The notes under the pieces: generated by a model
The model's input: the letters and a program-made list of their open reading frames with translations, nothing else
Database searches by the model: none
What the model was told of the DNA's origin: nothing
Part shown: in pieces, positions 7,629-18,013 of the stretch
How the letters are laid out: each line of letters opens with the position of its first letter
Position numbering within the stretch: position 1 is the first letter of the stretch
From: Acidimicrobiia bacterium
GTDB lineage: Bacteria; Actinomycetota; Acidimicrobiia; IMCC26256; PALSA-555
Reading direction: 5' to 3'
DNA length: 64,000 bases
NCBI GenBank assembly: GCA_009694435.1
Contig: SHUY01000001.1
Location: forward strand, 345-64,344
Program-made: the position numbers and the translations under genes

Positions 7629-9452
7629 GTGGATGTTGACCTCGTCGAACTCGCAAAACGGCGGGACCGAACATCGGACAATCCGAGTGTTGATCCCGTA
7701 ACCGCGGAAGTCGTGCGCGGCGCGCTCGAAACTGTGTGTTTCGAAATGGCCACCTACGTATCCCGCACGGCCACAACTCCGATTCTTAATCAGAGCAATG
7801 AGCGCAACGCAACCATTCTTGATGCTCGCGGTCGCTTGGCCGCGCTTTCAGTTGGAATTCCCCAGTTCATGCTCACTTCAACTTTGCCGGTTCGTTTTGC
7901 TTTAGATTTTCTTGGGCCCGAAGAATTCCGCGAAGGTGATGTTTTCGTCGCCAACGATCCCTATCACGGTGGAGGACATCTTCCCGATTACAACGTCTTC
8001 GCGCCAATTTTTGCTGACGACCACGGAACTCGCCGCATGGTTCTTATTGCCAGCATCCAGTGCCACCACGGCGATACAGGCGGAGGGGTGCCGGGTGGTT
8101 ACAACATCACTGCGTCTGATCTTTGGGGTGAAGGCGTGCGGTGGCCAGTAATAAAAGTTATTGATCAAGGAAAAGAACGGCGTGATGTCCTTTATGCGCT
8201 TTCGGCTAATAATCGCATTCCGGGTTACATCGGAGACTTACGCGCTCAAATTGGTGCCGCCCAGTTAGCTGCGCAGCGGTTAGGAGTAGTGCTGGAGCGC
8301 TACGGGGCAACCACGGTTGAAGAATCAGTTGACTTTATGATTGATTACGCGGCTCGCCGATTTCGTGAAGAAGTTACCAGTTGGCCGGATGGAGTTTACG
8401 AAGCTGACGCCTACGTCGATCACGATCCCCTAGGAAACCCCGATGTTCATCTACACGTAAAGATTACGGTGGCGGACGACAAAATAAAGATTGATTATTC
8501 TGGATCTGACGACCGACAAGAGTTGCAGGCGTGGTCGACTTTTGGTAACACCCGCGGCTATACCGTGGGGCAAATAGCGGCCATGATGGACCCAGAGATT
8601 CCAAAAAATGAAGGATTTTTTGAACAGATCGAGTTAGTGGTACCCCCCGGGTGTGTACTAAATCCTCACCCGGGAAAACCGGTAAGTGCGGGTACTCATC
8701 ACCCCGGAGCCGATGTGGGTGAAGTGATAGCAGTGGCTATGCAACACGTGCTGCCCGATAAGGCTGTTCCCCAAACTTATAAAACTGGAATCCCTACCAT
8801 CATTGTTGGTGACGACCCCCACACCGGTCTCCCCTTTACCGATCATTCCGCGGAGGTATACGCCGGATGGTGCAACGCGGCTAAAGGGATGGATGCTTGG
8901 GGGGCTCAGGCCGCCAGTTTTGGAAACCTTTGGAAAGCCACCGCAGAAATAAACGAAAGTCTTTTCCCTCACATTCAGTGGGGTCGTGATTACCGCATTG
9001 ACTCGGGTGGGCCTGGGCAATGGCGCGGTTTGTGTGGAAGTCACTACGAAAAAGAAGTATTGGTTGACGCCAAGGTTTATACCTACGTCGTAGGAATGAA
9101 GTACCCGATGCCGGGAATCTGCGGAGGTATGCCTGGCGCCCCTAACGAGATGATTATTCGATACGGATCGGACGACCCGTATCGGGTAAAGCACACCGCA
9201 GATTGGGTTCCGGTTAAAGCCGGCGACCGAATTATGTACGACTACGGTGGCGGTGGTGGTTGGGGTGACCCGCTCGACCGCGAACCGCAAGCAGTGCTCG
9301 ATGACGTACTCGATGAATACGTAAGTGTCGAACGAGCCGAGATCGATTACGGAGTCGTCTTGACCGGTTTACTTGATGATCTGACCTTAGAAATCGACGA
9401 AGACGCCACTAAAAAAATTAGGTCCGAGCGTCAAGCACGAGCGGGATCTTAA
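7629..9452 (+). CDS. hydantoinase B/oxoprolinase family protein (HyuB-like)
   Basis: Family-typical length and motifs (DPYHGGGHLPD). The ORF track begins at TTG 7599, only 3 nt after the palindrome. The in-frame GTG at 7629 is preceded by the RBS AAAGGGGG and is preferred here. Start uncertain. Confidence 0.8.
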   Translation: MDVDLVELAKRRDRTSDNPSVDPVTAEVVRGALETVCFEMATYVSRTATTPILNQSNERNATILDARGRLAALSVGIPQFMLTSTLPVRFALDFLGPEEFREGDVFVANDPYHGGGHLPDYNVFAPIFADDHGTRRMVLIASIQCHHGDTGGGVPGGYNITASDLWGEGVRWPVIKVIDQGKERRDVLYALSANNRIPGYIGDLRAQIGAAQLAAQRLGVVLERYGATTVEESVDFMIDYAARRFREEVTSWPDGVYEADAYVDHDPLGNPDVHLHVKITVADDKIKIDYSGSDDRQELQAWSTFGNTRGYTVGQIAAMMDPEIPKNEGFFEQIELVVPPGCVLNPHPGKPVSAGTHHPGADVGEVIAVAMQHVLPDKAVPQTYKTGIPTIIVGDDPHTGLPFTDHSAEVYAGWCNAAKGMDAWGAQAASFGNLWKATAEINESLFPHIQWGRDYRIDSGGPGQWRGLCGSHYEKEVLVDAKVYTYVVGMKYPMPGICGGMPGAPNEMIIRYGSDDPYRVKHTADWVPVKAGDRIMYDYGGGGGWGDPLDREPQAVLDDVLDEYVSVERAEIDYGVVLTGLLDDLTLEIDEDATKKIRSERQARAGS

Positions 9453-9461
9453 GGATTTCTC

Positions 9462-11525
9462 ATGGGTTATCGGGTCGGGGTTGACGTAGGAGGAACTTTT
9501 ACCGACCTTATTTGTATAACTCCTACCGGAGATGTCGTACTGGATAAAACCCCCACCACCCTAGAAAATCAGTCAGTAGGGGTAATGGTCGGCTTAGGTC
9601 AACTAGCAGAACAATTCAATCTTTCTCGAGAAGAGTTTTGCTCAGAATTAGATATTTTTGTTCACGGAACCACTACCGCAGACAACACCATGATCGAGAT
9701 GAACGGCGCCGCTACTGGCTTGTTAGTGACCGAAGGTCATCGAGACGAAATAGAAATGCGACGGGTTCACAAAGAGAAAATCTGGGACCCGTCTTACCCT
9801 GCGCCTACGCCAATAGCCAAGCGCCGAGCGCGAATAGCGATACCGGAGCGGATGGACTCAACTGGATCGGTACTTCTGTCTCTCGACGAAGAAGCGGTAA
9901 GAGTTGGGACCCGTCGGCTGCGCGCCTTGGGAGTGGAGTCGGTTGCGATCATGTTCCTTTTCTCCTACGTCAACCCTCAACATGAATTGCGCGCCGCACA
10001 AATCGTGCGGGAAGAGTTTCCTGATGTAGCCCATATATCGCTATCGCACGATGTCATGTCGCGGGGACCTGAATTTGAAAGAGTATCCACCACACTGGTG
10101 AACGCTTACGTCGCACCGCGCATTAGTTCTTACATTGATCAATTAAAGACCAGCCTGCTGGAAGCGAAATACACTGGGCCACTTTTGATTATGCAATCGA
10201 CTGGCGGAGTAATGCCCCCCGACTACGTGGCCAAGCGAGCGGTGTCACTCTTAGGGTCAGGACCGACCGGTGGAGTTATGGGGTCAGCCCTTGCGGCTCA
10301 AGCGGCCGATATCCTCGATTTCGTATCGGTAGATATGGGCGGAACCAGTTTCGATGTGTGTCTAGTTCGTGGGGGCCGGCCAGAAATAAAAACTGATTGG
10401 AATTGGCGTTACCGCTATTACATCGGACTGCCAATGGTTGACGTGCAGAGCGTGGGTGCGGGGGGTGGGTCAATAGCCCGCGTTCGCCAGGGTGCACTGC
10501 TAGTGGGCCCAGAAAGTGCTGGGTCTAACCCGGGTCCAGTTTGTTATCAACGTGGCGGTATACGCCCCACCGTCACCGACGCTGACGCGGTACTGGGTTA
10601 CTTGCCCTTAACTAGTTTCGCTAACGGGAGAATGAAACTTGATGTTGATGGGGCACGAGCAGCAATCGAGCGTGAAGTGGCTGAGCCGCTAAAAATAGAT
10701 GCAACCGAGGCGGCTTGGGGCATCGAACGAATCGTCAACTCGAACATGGCCAATGAAACTCGCCGAGTTCTTGCCTCACACGGAGCCGACCCCCGAATGC
10801 TTTCAATGATTGCTTACGGAGGAAACGGTGCCGTGCACGCATGGGCAATCGCCCAAGAACTAGGCATCAAGCAAGTGATTATTCCTAAAGCGGCGCCCGC
10901 TTTTTCGGCCCTGGGTGTACTGATCGCCGATTACGTAATCGATATCGTGCGGGCGTACGTAATCCCGCTAGCACAAATTGATCTGAATCGAGTTGAAAGC
11001 TTGATTCGCGACCTACACGCTGAAGTTGACCAAGAGATCGCCCCTCTCGGTCTGAGTTCAGACGACATAGACCTAGGCGTTTATGCCCAGATGTGCTATC
11101 CCGGACAAAACTTTGACATGAGTGTTCCGCTATCAAGCGAAACTAAAATAGAGGACGCCACTCTTATTGATCTGGTCGAACGGTTCCATGACCAGCACGA
11201 GGCTGAGCGGGGTTTCTCGTTCAAGGCTCAAGCACCCATCCTTCGCGGCGTACGGCTGGCTGCCCGGGGTTACACCCCCAAGCCCGACCGACTCGCCGAA
11301 ATGGGAGTCGTAAGCGACGCCAGTAAAGCCCAGAGTGGCACCCGGGCGGCTTATTTCGGCGACGGGTTTATTGACACCCCGGTGTACGAAGGGCGACAAC
11401 TTGGGGCCGGAGCCAAGATTGCGGGACCAGCATTGATAGAAGAGCCTTTTACCGTAGTAGTAGTTCCGCCTGGCGGCAATATCGTAATTGATGAGTCAGG
11501 AAATTATTTACTCAAACTAAAATAG
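9462..11525 (+). CDS. hydantoinase A/oxoprolinase family protein (HyuA-like, ATP-hydrolysing)
   Basis: 687 aa with the N-terminal GVDVGGTFTD motif and the later DMGGTSFD motif of the HyuA/acetone-carboxylase beta family. Confidence 0.85.
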   Translation: MGYRVGVDVGGTFTDLICITPTGDVVLDKTPTTLENQSVGVMVGLGQLAEQFNLSREEFCSELDIFVHGTTTADNTMIEMNGAATGLLVTEGHRDEIEMRRVHKEKIWDPSYPAPTPIAKRRARIAIPERMDSTGSVLLSLDEEAVRVGTRRLRALGVESVAIMFLFSYVNPQHELRAAQIVREEFPDVAHISLSHDVMSRGPEFERVSTTLVNAYVAPRISSYIDQLKTSLLEAKYTGPLLIMQSTGGVMPPDYVAKRAVSLLGSGPTGGVMGSALAAQAADILDFVSVDMGGTSFDVCLVRGGRPEIKTDWNWRYRYYIGLPMVDVQSVGAGGGSIARVRQGALLVGPESAGSNPGPVCYQRGGIRPTVTDADAVLGYLPLTSFANGRMKLDVDGARAAIEREVAEPLKIDATEAAWGIERIVNSNMANETRRVLASHGADPRMLSMIAYGGNGAVHAWAIAQELGIKQVIIPKAAPAFSALGVLIADYVIDIVRAYVIPLAQIDLNRVESLIRDLHAEVDQEIAPLGLSSDDIDLGVYAQMCYPGQNFDMSVPLSSETKIEDATLIDLVERFHDQHEAERGFSFKAQAPILRGVRLAARGYTPKPDRLAEMGVVSDASKAQSGTRAAYFGDGFIDTPVYEGRQLGAGAKIAGPALIEEPFTVVVVPPGGNIVIDESGNYLLKLK

Positions 11526-11572
11526 CTACAACAATTTCGTGTTTGTCCCATGCGCGTGCGACAATGAAGTGA

Positions 11573-12295
11573 ATGAGTTATTCGTGCGTACTTTTTGATT
11601 TCTACGGAACCTTGGCTCGCGCGACTGAGTGGATGTCCGTTGATGTCGTATTGGCCGAACATGGAGTCGAGCTAACTGACGACGTGCGCAAAAAATGGTG
11701 GGACAACGGCCTTGATGGTGCCGATCATTCAGAGCATTCTGAAACTCGGGAACACTACGTAGAGTGGCAACGAGGTCGGCTTCTTGGTGTACTGGCTGAG
11801 ACTGATCTTCACCCGGGTGAGTACGAAATCGTGGTAGAGAAATTACGCAACGGTAACGAAAGTCGAGTTCTGGAGGCCTACGACGAAACCTCCGAAGTGC
11901 TTGCCACTTTAAGAGATCGAGGCATTACTTTGGCTATTTGTTCCAACTGGGATTGGGATCTCAACGAAGCGGTTGCGGAAGCGGGATTGACTGATGCGGT
12001 CGATACGGTGGTGTCGTCAGCGTGGGCGGGAGCGCGTAAACCCCACCCTCGGATTTTTGATTACACCCTCGAAAAAGTTGGCGTTAGTTCCGAAAATGTC
12101 GTATTCGTTGGTGATACTTGGGGCCCAGATGTTATCGGACCCCAATCAGCGGGCATGACTCCGGTGTATCTCCGTCGAGACGGCCACTGGCCTGACGATA
12201 CCGCCCCCACCCAACTTGACCCCGACGCTCGGTCTCATGAAGGAGTCATAATTTCGCCCGATCTTCGAGTCGTCCTTGATTTATTCGATGAGTAA
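11573..12295 (+). CDS. HAD-superfamily hydrolase (haloacid-dehalogenase-type motif I DxYGT)
   Basis: 240 aa. Motif I is LFDFYGTL, followed by ICSNWD, ARKPHP and FVGDTWGPD. Confidence 0.75.
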   Translation: MSYSCVLFDFYGTLARATEWMSVDVVLAEHGVELTDDVRKKWWDNGLDGADHSEHSETREHYVEWQRGRLLGVLAETDLHPGEYEIVVEKLRNGNESRVLEAYDETSEVLATLRDRGITLAICSNWDWDLNEAVAEAGLTDAVDTVVSSAWAGARKPHPRIFDYTLEKVGVSSENVVFVGDTWGPDVIGPQSAGMTPVYLRRDGHWPDDTAPTQLDPDARSHEGVIISPDLRVVLDLFDE

Positions 12296-12355
12296 GACCA
12301 AATAACGGTTACCTAGTAGTGTCATCATCACTTTGGCCCTACGAGAGGATCCGTC

Positions 12356-13744
12356 ATGACTAGCACTATCTCCCCTGCGCAGCTTGACCACACCGCCGAG
12401 CGTTTACGCAAGGTATTTAACACTGGTCGTACTCGCCCACTCGCTTGGCGCCGCGAACAACTAAAAGGACTGCGGTCAATGCTGATAGAGCGAGAAGAAG
12501 ACTTTCTCGCGGCATTGGCGACTGACCTCGGAAAACCTCGGCTAGAAGCCTGGGTAACCGAGATCGGTTTCACTATTAACGAAATAAATCTAACTCTAAA
12601 AAATCTCAAGCGCTGGACTAAGCCCAAGCGGGTAAGCACGCCCATGTTTATCAAGCCTGGGTCGGGGCGGGTGATAAGAGAACCTCTTGGAACCGTGCTG
12701 GTGATTGCCCCTTGGAATTACCCTCTTCAACTCGCTCTCGCTCCGTTGATAGGAGCCTTGGCGGCCGGAAACACAGTTGCCCTCAAGCCGTCAGAGATCT
12801 CGTCCGCAACTTCGAACACCATCACTCGTCTTGTTCCCCAATACGTTGACGCCGAAGCCGTATCTATCGTCGAAGGGGGTGTGAGCGAAACCCAAAACCT
12901 TCTGCAACAAAAATGGGACTACATCTTTTACACTGGTAACGGTGCTGTTGGTCGTCAAGTTATGGCCGCAGCAGCACAACATCTCACTCCCGTTACGCTT
13001 GAACTCGGCGGGAAAAGCCCAGCCATCATCGATAAGTCAGCCAACCTCGAGGTAGCGGGGCGGCGATTGGCTTGGGGAAAATTCCTTAACTCGGGCCAAA
13101 CTTGCATTGCTCCCGACTACGCCCTGGTAGATAAAAGCGTAAAGGATGAACTGGTTAAATACATCCAGGCGTCTATCACCGATTTTTATGGCTCTGACCC
13201 GTCGACAAGCCCCGATTACGCCCGGATAATTAACGATCGTCATTTTGGTCGGCTTACCGCTTTGATTGATTCGGGTTCGGTTCTTATCGGCGGCCAACAC
13301 GATGGTTCCACTCGTTTCATTGCTCCTACTGTGCTTGATGGAATAAGCGGCAACTCGGCGGTAATGCAAGAAGAGATATTCGGTCCAATTCTTCCGTTGA
13401 TCACAGTTAACAGTTCCGACGAAGCGATTGCTTTTATAAATGAACGCGATAAGCCTTTAGCGCTTTACGTTTTCGCCCAAGACGACAAAGTTATTGATCG
13501 AGTTTTAGATCAGACCAGTAGCGGTGGCGTTTGTGTCAACGGCGTTATCCTCCAGGTTGCTGCCCCGAACTTGCCTTTCGGTGGAGTAGGAGAAAGTGGA
13601 ATGGGCAATTACCACGGTCGAGCCAGTTTCGACATATTCACGCACGCTAAGCCAGTATTACGACGCGGCACTCGCCCTGACCCGGCTTTGGCGTATCCGC
13701 CTTATACAAAAAAGAAAGAAAAAATGATTCGGCGGTTTTCGTAA
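12356..13744 (+). CDS. aldehyde dehydrogenase (class 3 / fatty-aldehyde type)
   Basis: 462 aa with ELGGKSP, the catalytic Cys context GQTCIAPDY, and FGGVGESGMGNYHG. RBS GAGAGGA upstream. Confidence 0.9.
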   Translation: MTSTISPAQLDHTAERLRKVFNTGRTRPLAWRREQLKGLRSMLIEREEDFLAALATDLGKPRLEAWVTEIGFTINEINLTLKNLKRWTKPKRVSTPMFIKPGSGRVIREPLGTVLVIAPWNYPLQLALAPLIGALAAGNTVALKPSEISSATSNTITRLVPQYVDAEAVSIVEGGVSETQNLLQQKWDYIFYTGNGAVGRQVMAAAAQHLTPVTLELGGKSPAIIDKSANLEVAGRRLAWGKFLNSGQTCIAPDYALVDKSVKDELVKYIQASITDFYGSDPSTSPDYARIINDRHFGRLTALIDSGSVLIGGQHDGSTRFIAPTVLDGISGNSAVMQEEIFGPILPLITVNSSDEAIAFINERDKPLALYVFAQDDKVIDRVLDQTSSGGVCVNGVILQVAAPNLPFGGVGESGMGNYHGRASFDIFTHAKPVLRRGTRPDPALAYPPYTKKKEKMIRRFS

Positions 13745-13759
13745 TCTAATTACGCGACC

Positions 13760-14923
13760 TTACCCACGGGGTAGACCTAAAATTCGCTCGGCGATTATGT
13801 TGCGCTGAACTTCGGAAGTCCCCCCCGCGATTGAAGCCGCCCCGCTCCAGAGCCACTGACGCTGCCACTTGCCGTCGCCCGGCAAATTTTCACTTCCCCG
13901 CCATAAAGGTGCTGCGGGGCCAGTAATATTCAATGCTCGCGCTGATAGCGCCTGGCTCATTTCGCTCCAAAAAAGTTTGATCCAACTGGTCTCAGACCCC
14001 GGTTCTTCACCGCGCGCCAAACGCGACAGCGCCCGCCAATTGTGCAGGCGTAGAATCCTCACCTCAACGAAAGATTGAGCTAAGGCGTCGGAAGTTTCAA
14101 CATCGTCGAGCAGGCCTTCGACTTGTGCCAAAGTATAAGCCTCAGTCAGAAACACCTCATGAACGACTTGCTCTTTAAACGCAAATACCGTTCCCCGCTC
14201 ATGAGAAAGCGTAGTGCTGGCAATAGACCATCCCTCATTTACCCCTCCGATCACATTGTCGTCGGGAACAAACACATCCGAGAAAAAAACCTCATTGAAC
14301 TCCGCTTCACCAGTTATTTGTACAAGCGGTCGAATTTCAATTCCGGGTGCTTGCATGTCAACTACGAGGTAGGAGATTCCCGCGTGACGAGATGCCTCGG
14401 GGTTGGTGCGCGCCAAAGCAATCCCCCATCGGGCCCACTGGGCATAACTGGTCCAGACTTTTTGGCCGTTTAACAACCATCCGCCTTCGACTTTCGTCGC
14501 GGTAGTGGACAATGATGCAAGATCAGAACCCGCTCCGGGTTCGCTAAACAACTGACACCAAATTTCAGTGGCGTCAAGTATTGAAGGGAGCCACCGCTTT
14601 TTTTGTTCGTCGGTGCCAAAGGCAAGGAGCGTGGGTCCGACGTTGTTTATGCCAACTCGATTGACCGGTTGCGGGGCTCGCGCCCGAGCATATTCCAAGT
14701 TAAAAAGCGCGACCTCTACTGGAGTAGCCGCCCGGCCTCCGTATTCAACCGGCCAATGGATTCCCACCCAGCGGTCGGTGGCGAGTTGGGCTTGCCAGTT
14801 ACGGCCCCACTCCACCTCTTCGCCTAACGATGAGAACGCAGGGGGCAACTCGAGATTATTAGTCAGCCAGGTACGGATTTCTCCCGCGAAGGCCTGCTCG
14901 GCTTCAGTGAAAGCGAGGTTCAT
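13760..14923 (-). CDS. acyl-CoA dehydrogenase
   Basis: 387 aa with FadE-like organisation. The C-terminus reads GGTSEVQRNIIAERILGLP. Its start overlaps the stop of the acyl-CoA synthetase gene. Confidence 0.85.
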   Translation of the reverse strand: MNLAFTEAEQAFAGEIRTWLTNNLELPPAFSSLGEEVEWGRNWQAQLATDRWVGIHWPVEYGGRAATPVEVALFNLEYARARAPQPVNRVGINNVGPTLLAFGTDEQKKRWLPSILDATEIWCQLFSEPGAGSDLASLSTTATKVEGGWLLNGQKVWTSYAQWARWGIALARTNPEASRHAGISYLVVDMQAPGIEIRPLVQITGEAEFNEVFFSDVFVPDDNVIGGVNEGWSIASTTLSHERGTVFAFKEQVVHEVFLTEAYTLAQVEGLLDDVETSDALAQSFVEVRILRLHNWRALSRLARGEEPGSETSWIKLFWSEMSQALSARALNITGPAAPLWRGSENLPGDGKWQRQWLWSGAASIAGGTSEVQRNIIAERILGLPRG

Positions 14924-16704
14924 AAATCGTAGAACTGTTCGCGTTGGTGTCGAATAAACGAATCCCTCAGAGCCGACTCATCAGCGGCGGCAAAGGGTCG
15001 GTAGGCGCTATCGTCCCACACGAAAACTTGATCTTGCTCCACCCGATCGAGTCGCCATTTTTGATGTACCAATGTTCGTTTGATGATCTTATTGGTACCA
15101 GTGGTCGGTGGATCATTTAATAGTCGCAAATAACGCGGCCGCCACTTAGGCCCAATATCGTCAAGGGAAAGCAACCAAGCACTGAACTCAGCCAGGTTAA
15201 AGTCGGCGCCGTCGCGCAATACCAAGCCGGCCATGACTTGATCTCCAGCTTGATGGTCAGGAACCCCATAGACCGGAGCAAGCACTACGTCAGGGTGACG
15301 GCTAAGAGCGGTTTCAATGGGCTGGGCGGGAAAGTTCTCACCGTCAACTCGCAACCAGTCGGCATTGCGACCAGCGAAATAAAGATAGGAATCTTCATCG
15401 AGATAGCCCAGATCCCCAGTCCAATACCATCCAAAACGCAAGGTGCGCTCATTGGCAACATCGTTGTTGTAATACCCCTCAAAGGGGCCAGCACCGTTGG
15501 TGTTAACTATTTCCCCCACACAATCTTGCGCATTCATTAGCCGACCGTTTGAGTCAAATTGAGCTCGGGGTAACGGCTCACCGTCTTCACTGACTACTTT
15601 TATGAAATCTTCTACTTGCCCTAATGCACCAGGACGTTCTTCACGGTCACTATTTACCGCAATACCGCCTTCAGTGGCACCATAAGCATCGATTACGTCT
15701 ACTCCAAAACGTTGGGCGAAAGAATTCACTACTTCTGGTGACCCTTCGTTGCCAAACGCAACTCGCATAGTGTTGTCGGCATCATCAAATTTTTCGGGAG
15801 TAGAGAGTAAATACGCCAAGGGTTTCCCGGTGTAGTTGAAATAAGTTGAGCCGTAGTTACGAACATCACTTATCCAGCGCGAGGCAGAAAACTTACGAGC
15901 CAGACCAACTGATGCTCCTACCACTAAAGCGGGCGCCCAACCCACCATTAAAGCGTTGGAATGAAATAGAGGCATGCATATGTAACCCACATCGTCGGGG
16001 CTTAAATTCATCATGATCCCCATTCGGGTACCGGTGACAAGGAACCGGCGTTGAGAACAGATCACCGCCTTGGGGGCATCCGAAGTCCCGGAAGTGAAGA
16101 TGAGCGCCCAGAGGGCTTCGGGTCCAGGAGTAATGCCCATCTCGGTGGCTAAATCCCCGCCACCGACAAGATCGAGCGCCTCATCAAGATCATTCCCAAT
16201 AGACCCAGTCGGAGCATCAGGGTCAGTCTCAAGGTACCGATTAGACACCAATAATTCGGGCAAAGCGGAGGCAACCGGTTCGAGGAGGGCTAGATGTTTA
16301 GGTTCGCTAATGACTAAGTCGCAGTTGGAGTGTTGAATGTCGCGCAGCAGGTGTTGCTCTCGGCGAGTGTGATTAAGGCCGACAATTGCCGCTCCGGCTA
16401 GCGCCGCACCACCGAAAGCAAAAAGATATTCGGGAGTGTTATCCAACAAAATTCCAACGTGGATTCCTCGATTTAAATGTTTAGGCCGTTTTTTTTGCCG
16501 ATCGAGAAAAAGGTTGGCGAATTTTTGCGCCTCGGCTAAAAATTCAGCGTGGGTGAAAGATTTATCCCCAAAGGCCAAGGCGGGACGGTGGGCGAATTTT
16601 GGATCAGTGCCGTTGCGGCGCAACAAAGCGGCGGCGTCAACAGCCGGCATCGGTGCTTCGCCGGGGGCAGGAACCGCGCGCGGTGATGGGTGCGAGTTAG
16701 ACAT
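14920..16704 (-). CDS. AMP-dependent acyl-CoA synthetase/ligase
   Basis: 594 aa with the AMP-binding motif FTSGTSDAPKAV, YGATEG, and the GDLGYLDEDSYLYFAGR core. Confidence 0.9.
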   Translation of the reverse strand: MSNSHPSPRAVPAPGEAPMPAVDAAALLRRNGTDPKFAHRPALAFGDKSFTHAEFLAEAQKFANLFLDRQKKRPKHLNRGIHVGILLDNTPEYLFAFGGAALAGAAIVGLNHTRREQHLLRDIQHSNCDLVISEPKHLALLEPVASALPELLVSNRYLETDPDAPTGSIGNDLDEALDLVGGGDLATEMGITPGPEALWALIFTSGTSDAPKAVICSQRRFLVTGTRMGIMMNLSPDDVGYICMPLFHSNALMVGWAPALVVGASVGLARKFSASRWISDVRNYGSTYFNYTGKPLAYLLSTPEKFDDADNTMRVAFGNEGSPEVVNSFAQRFGVDVIDAYGATEGGIAVNSDREERPGALGQVEDFIKVVSEDGEPLPRAQFDSNGRLMNAQDCVGEIVNTNGAGPFEGYYNNDVANERTLRFGWYWTGDLGYLDEDSYLYFAGRNADWLRVDGENFPAQPIETALSRHPDVVLAPVYGVPDHQAGDQVMAGLVLRDGADFNLAEFSAWLLSLDDIGPKWRPRYLRLLNDPPTTGTNKIIKRTLVHQKWRLDRVEQDQVFVWDDSAYRPFAAADESALRDSFIRHQREQFYDL

Positions 16705-16751
16705 GGCGCCAACATTATCTCGCCTCCGGACAACGGATTCGCCCTAGGCTC

Positions 16752-17399
16752 ATGCCCGTGGAAGATCGACTGAACTCTGGACTTTACTTAGAGATGACCG
16801 ATATGGATACCGCTACTTACGCAACCACTCGAGTCCCGGAAGTAAAATCACTTACCGGAGTTGAGCGAGCTTCGTGGTGGACCAACGCGCAACGCGACAG
16901 AACTGACTTGCCCCGGGTTTTGCCCGAATTTACCTTGTTGGGGGTGTACGAAGTCGGTGACGATTTCGACGCCCCCAGCCAAACTCCTTTGGGCATTACC
17001 GGCTATCACTTTCGTCGCACCCCTCGCCCCGGCCAAGGGTCACTGTCTGGACAACCCACTATCGGCTTGTCGCTAGTTTTGATTAGTCCTCGAACGGCAA
17101 AAGATGCGAGGGCTTTGCGCGACTGGGGTGACTTCATTCACTTGCGTCATATTGCTCAAGTTGGAGTTCCGGGCTACACCATGGTTACTCCTTACGAAAG
17201 TGCTGATAAATCCGATCCGCGCTTTCTTCATTTCTACGAAATGGACACCACTGATCCAGAAAAAGCATTTAAATCTATGACTCCTCTAGTCGAAGAAAGA
17301 ATAGGGAAACCGGGTACGGAAAAATTTGATCAGTGGGCTAATCATGAGTCTTTGCGTATTATGTATGTAAATACTTTCCGTCGAGTTGGTAATGACTAA
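16752..17399 (+). CDS. hypothetical protein (no family recognised)
   Basis: 215-aa ORF coupled to the next gene by a TAATG overlap. No motif could be assigned. Confidence 0.5.
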   Translation: MPVEDRLNSGLYLEMTDMDTATYATTRVPEVKSLTGVERASWWTNAQRDRTDLPRVLPEFTLLGVYEVGDDFDAPSQTPLGITGYHFRRTPRPGQGSLSGQPTIGLSLVLISPRTAKDARALRDWGDFIHLRHIAQVGVPGYTMVTPYESADKSDPRFLHFYEMDTTDPEKAFKSMTPLVEERIGKPGTEKFDQWANHESLRIMYVNTFRRVGND

Positions 17400-18013
17400 T
17401 GGATGACGATTTTTTTTCGGTAGTTAAACGCCAGCGTGCGTGCCGGCGTTATCTGGACAAGCCTGTTAGCGATTCTTTAGTAGAAGAAGTGATTACTGCC
17501 GGCACCTTTGCCCCCAGCGCAGAGAATTCACAACCGTGGGAGTTTGTCGTAGTACGAGACAAGTCTCTTCGTGACCAGATACACGATTTAGCGCAGAGAG
17601 CGTGGAGTGGAGGTGGCCGTGATTTTTCTCTCCGCCATCTTGACGAAAAAATACTGGCTGACGTTGATGATGGGATTAGTGGAGGGGGCTACGCCACTGC
17701 TCCGGTGATGATTATCGTGGCCGGCGATACCGAACGCTGCCACCCAAAAGCGATTTCGGCGTCAATTTTGCCCGCAATTCAGAACATGCTTCTCGCGGCC
17801 ACCGCCCTAGGCCTTGGTTCTGCTCTCACCACGATCACTTTAGGATTTGCCTCCGAATTACAAGCAATAGTCGCTCTCCCTGATTCGGTAGTGCCCCAGG
17901 CGATAATCCCTTTAGGCTTTCCGGCTCGTCCCTTAGGGCCGCCGCGACGAGAATCATTTTCTCAACACACTCACTGCGATCAATTCGGTAATGCGTGGGG
18001 CCAAGCTCAATAG
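17399..18013 (+). CDS. nitroreductase-family protein
   Basis: 204 aa. RACRRY...APSAENSQPWEF is the typical FMN nitroreductase N-terminus. Confidence 0.8.
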   Translation: MDDDFFSVVKRQRACRRYLDKPVSDSLVEEVITAGTFAPSAENSQPWEFVVVRDKSLRDQIHDLAQRAWSGGGRDFSLRHLDEKILADVDDGISGGGYATAPVMIIVAGDTERCHPKAISASILPAIQNMLLAATALGLGSALTTITLGFASELQAIVALPDSVVPQAIIPLGFPARPLGPPRRESFSQHTHCDQFGNAWGQAQ

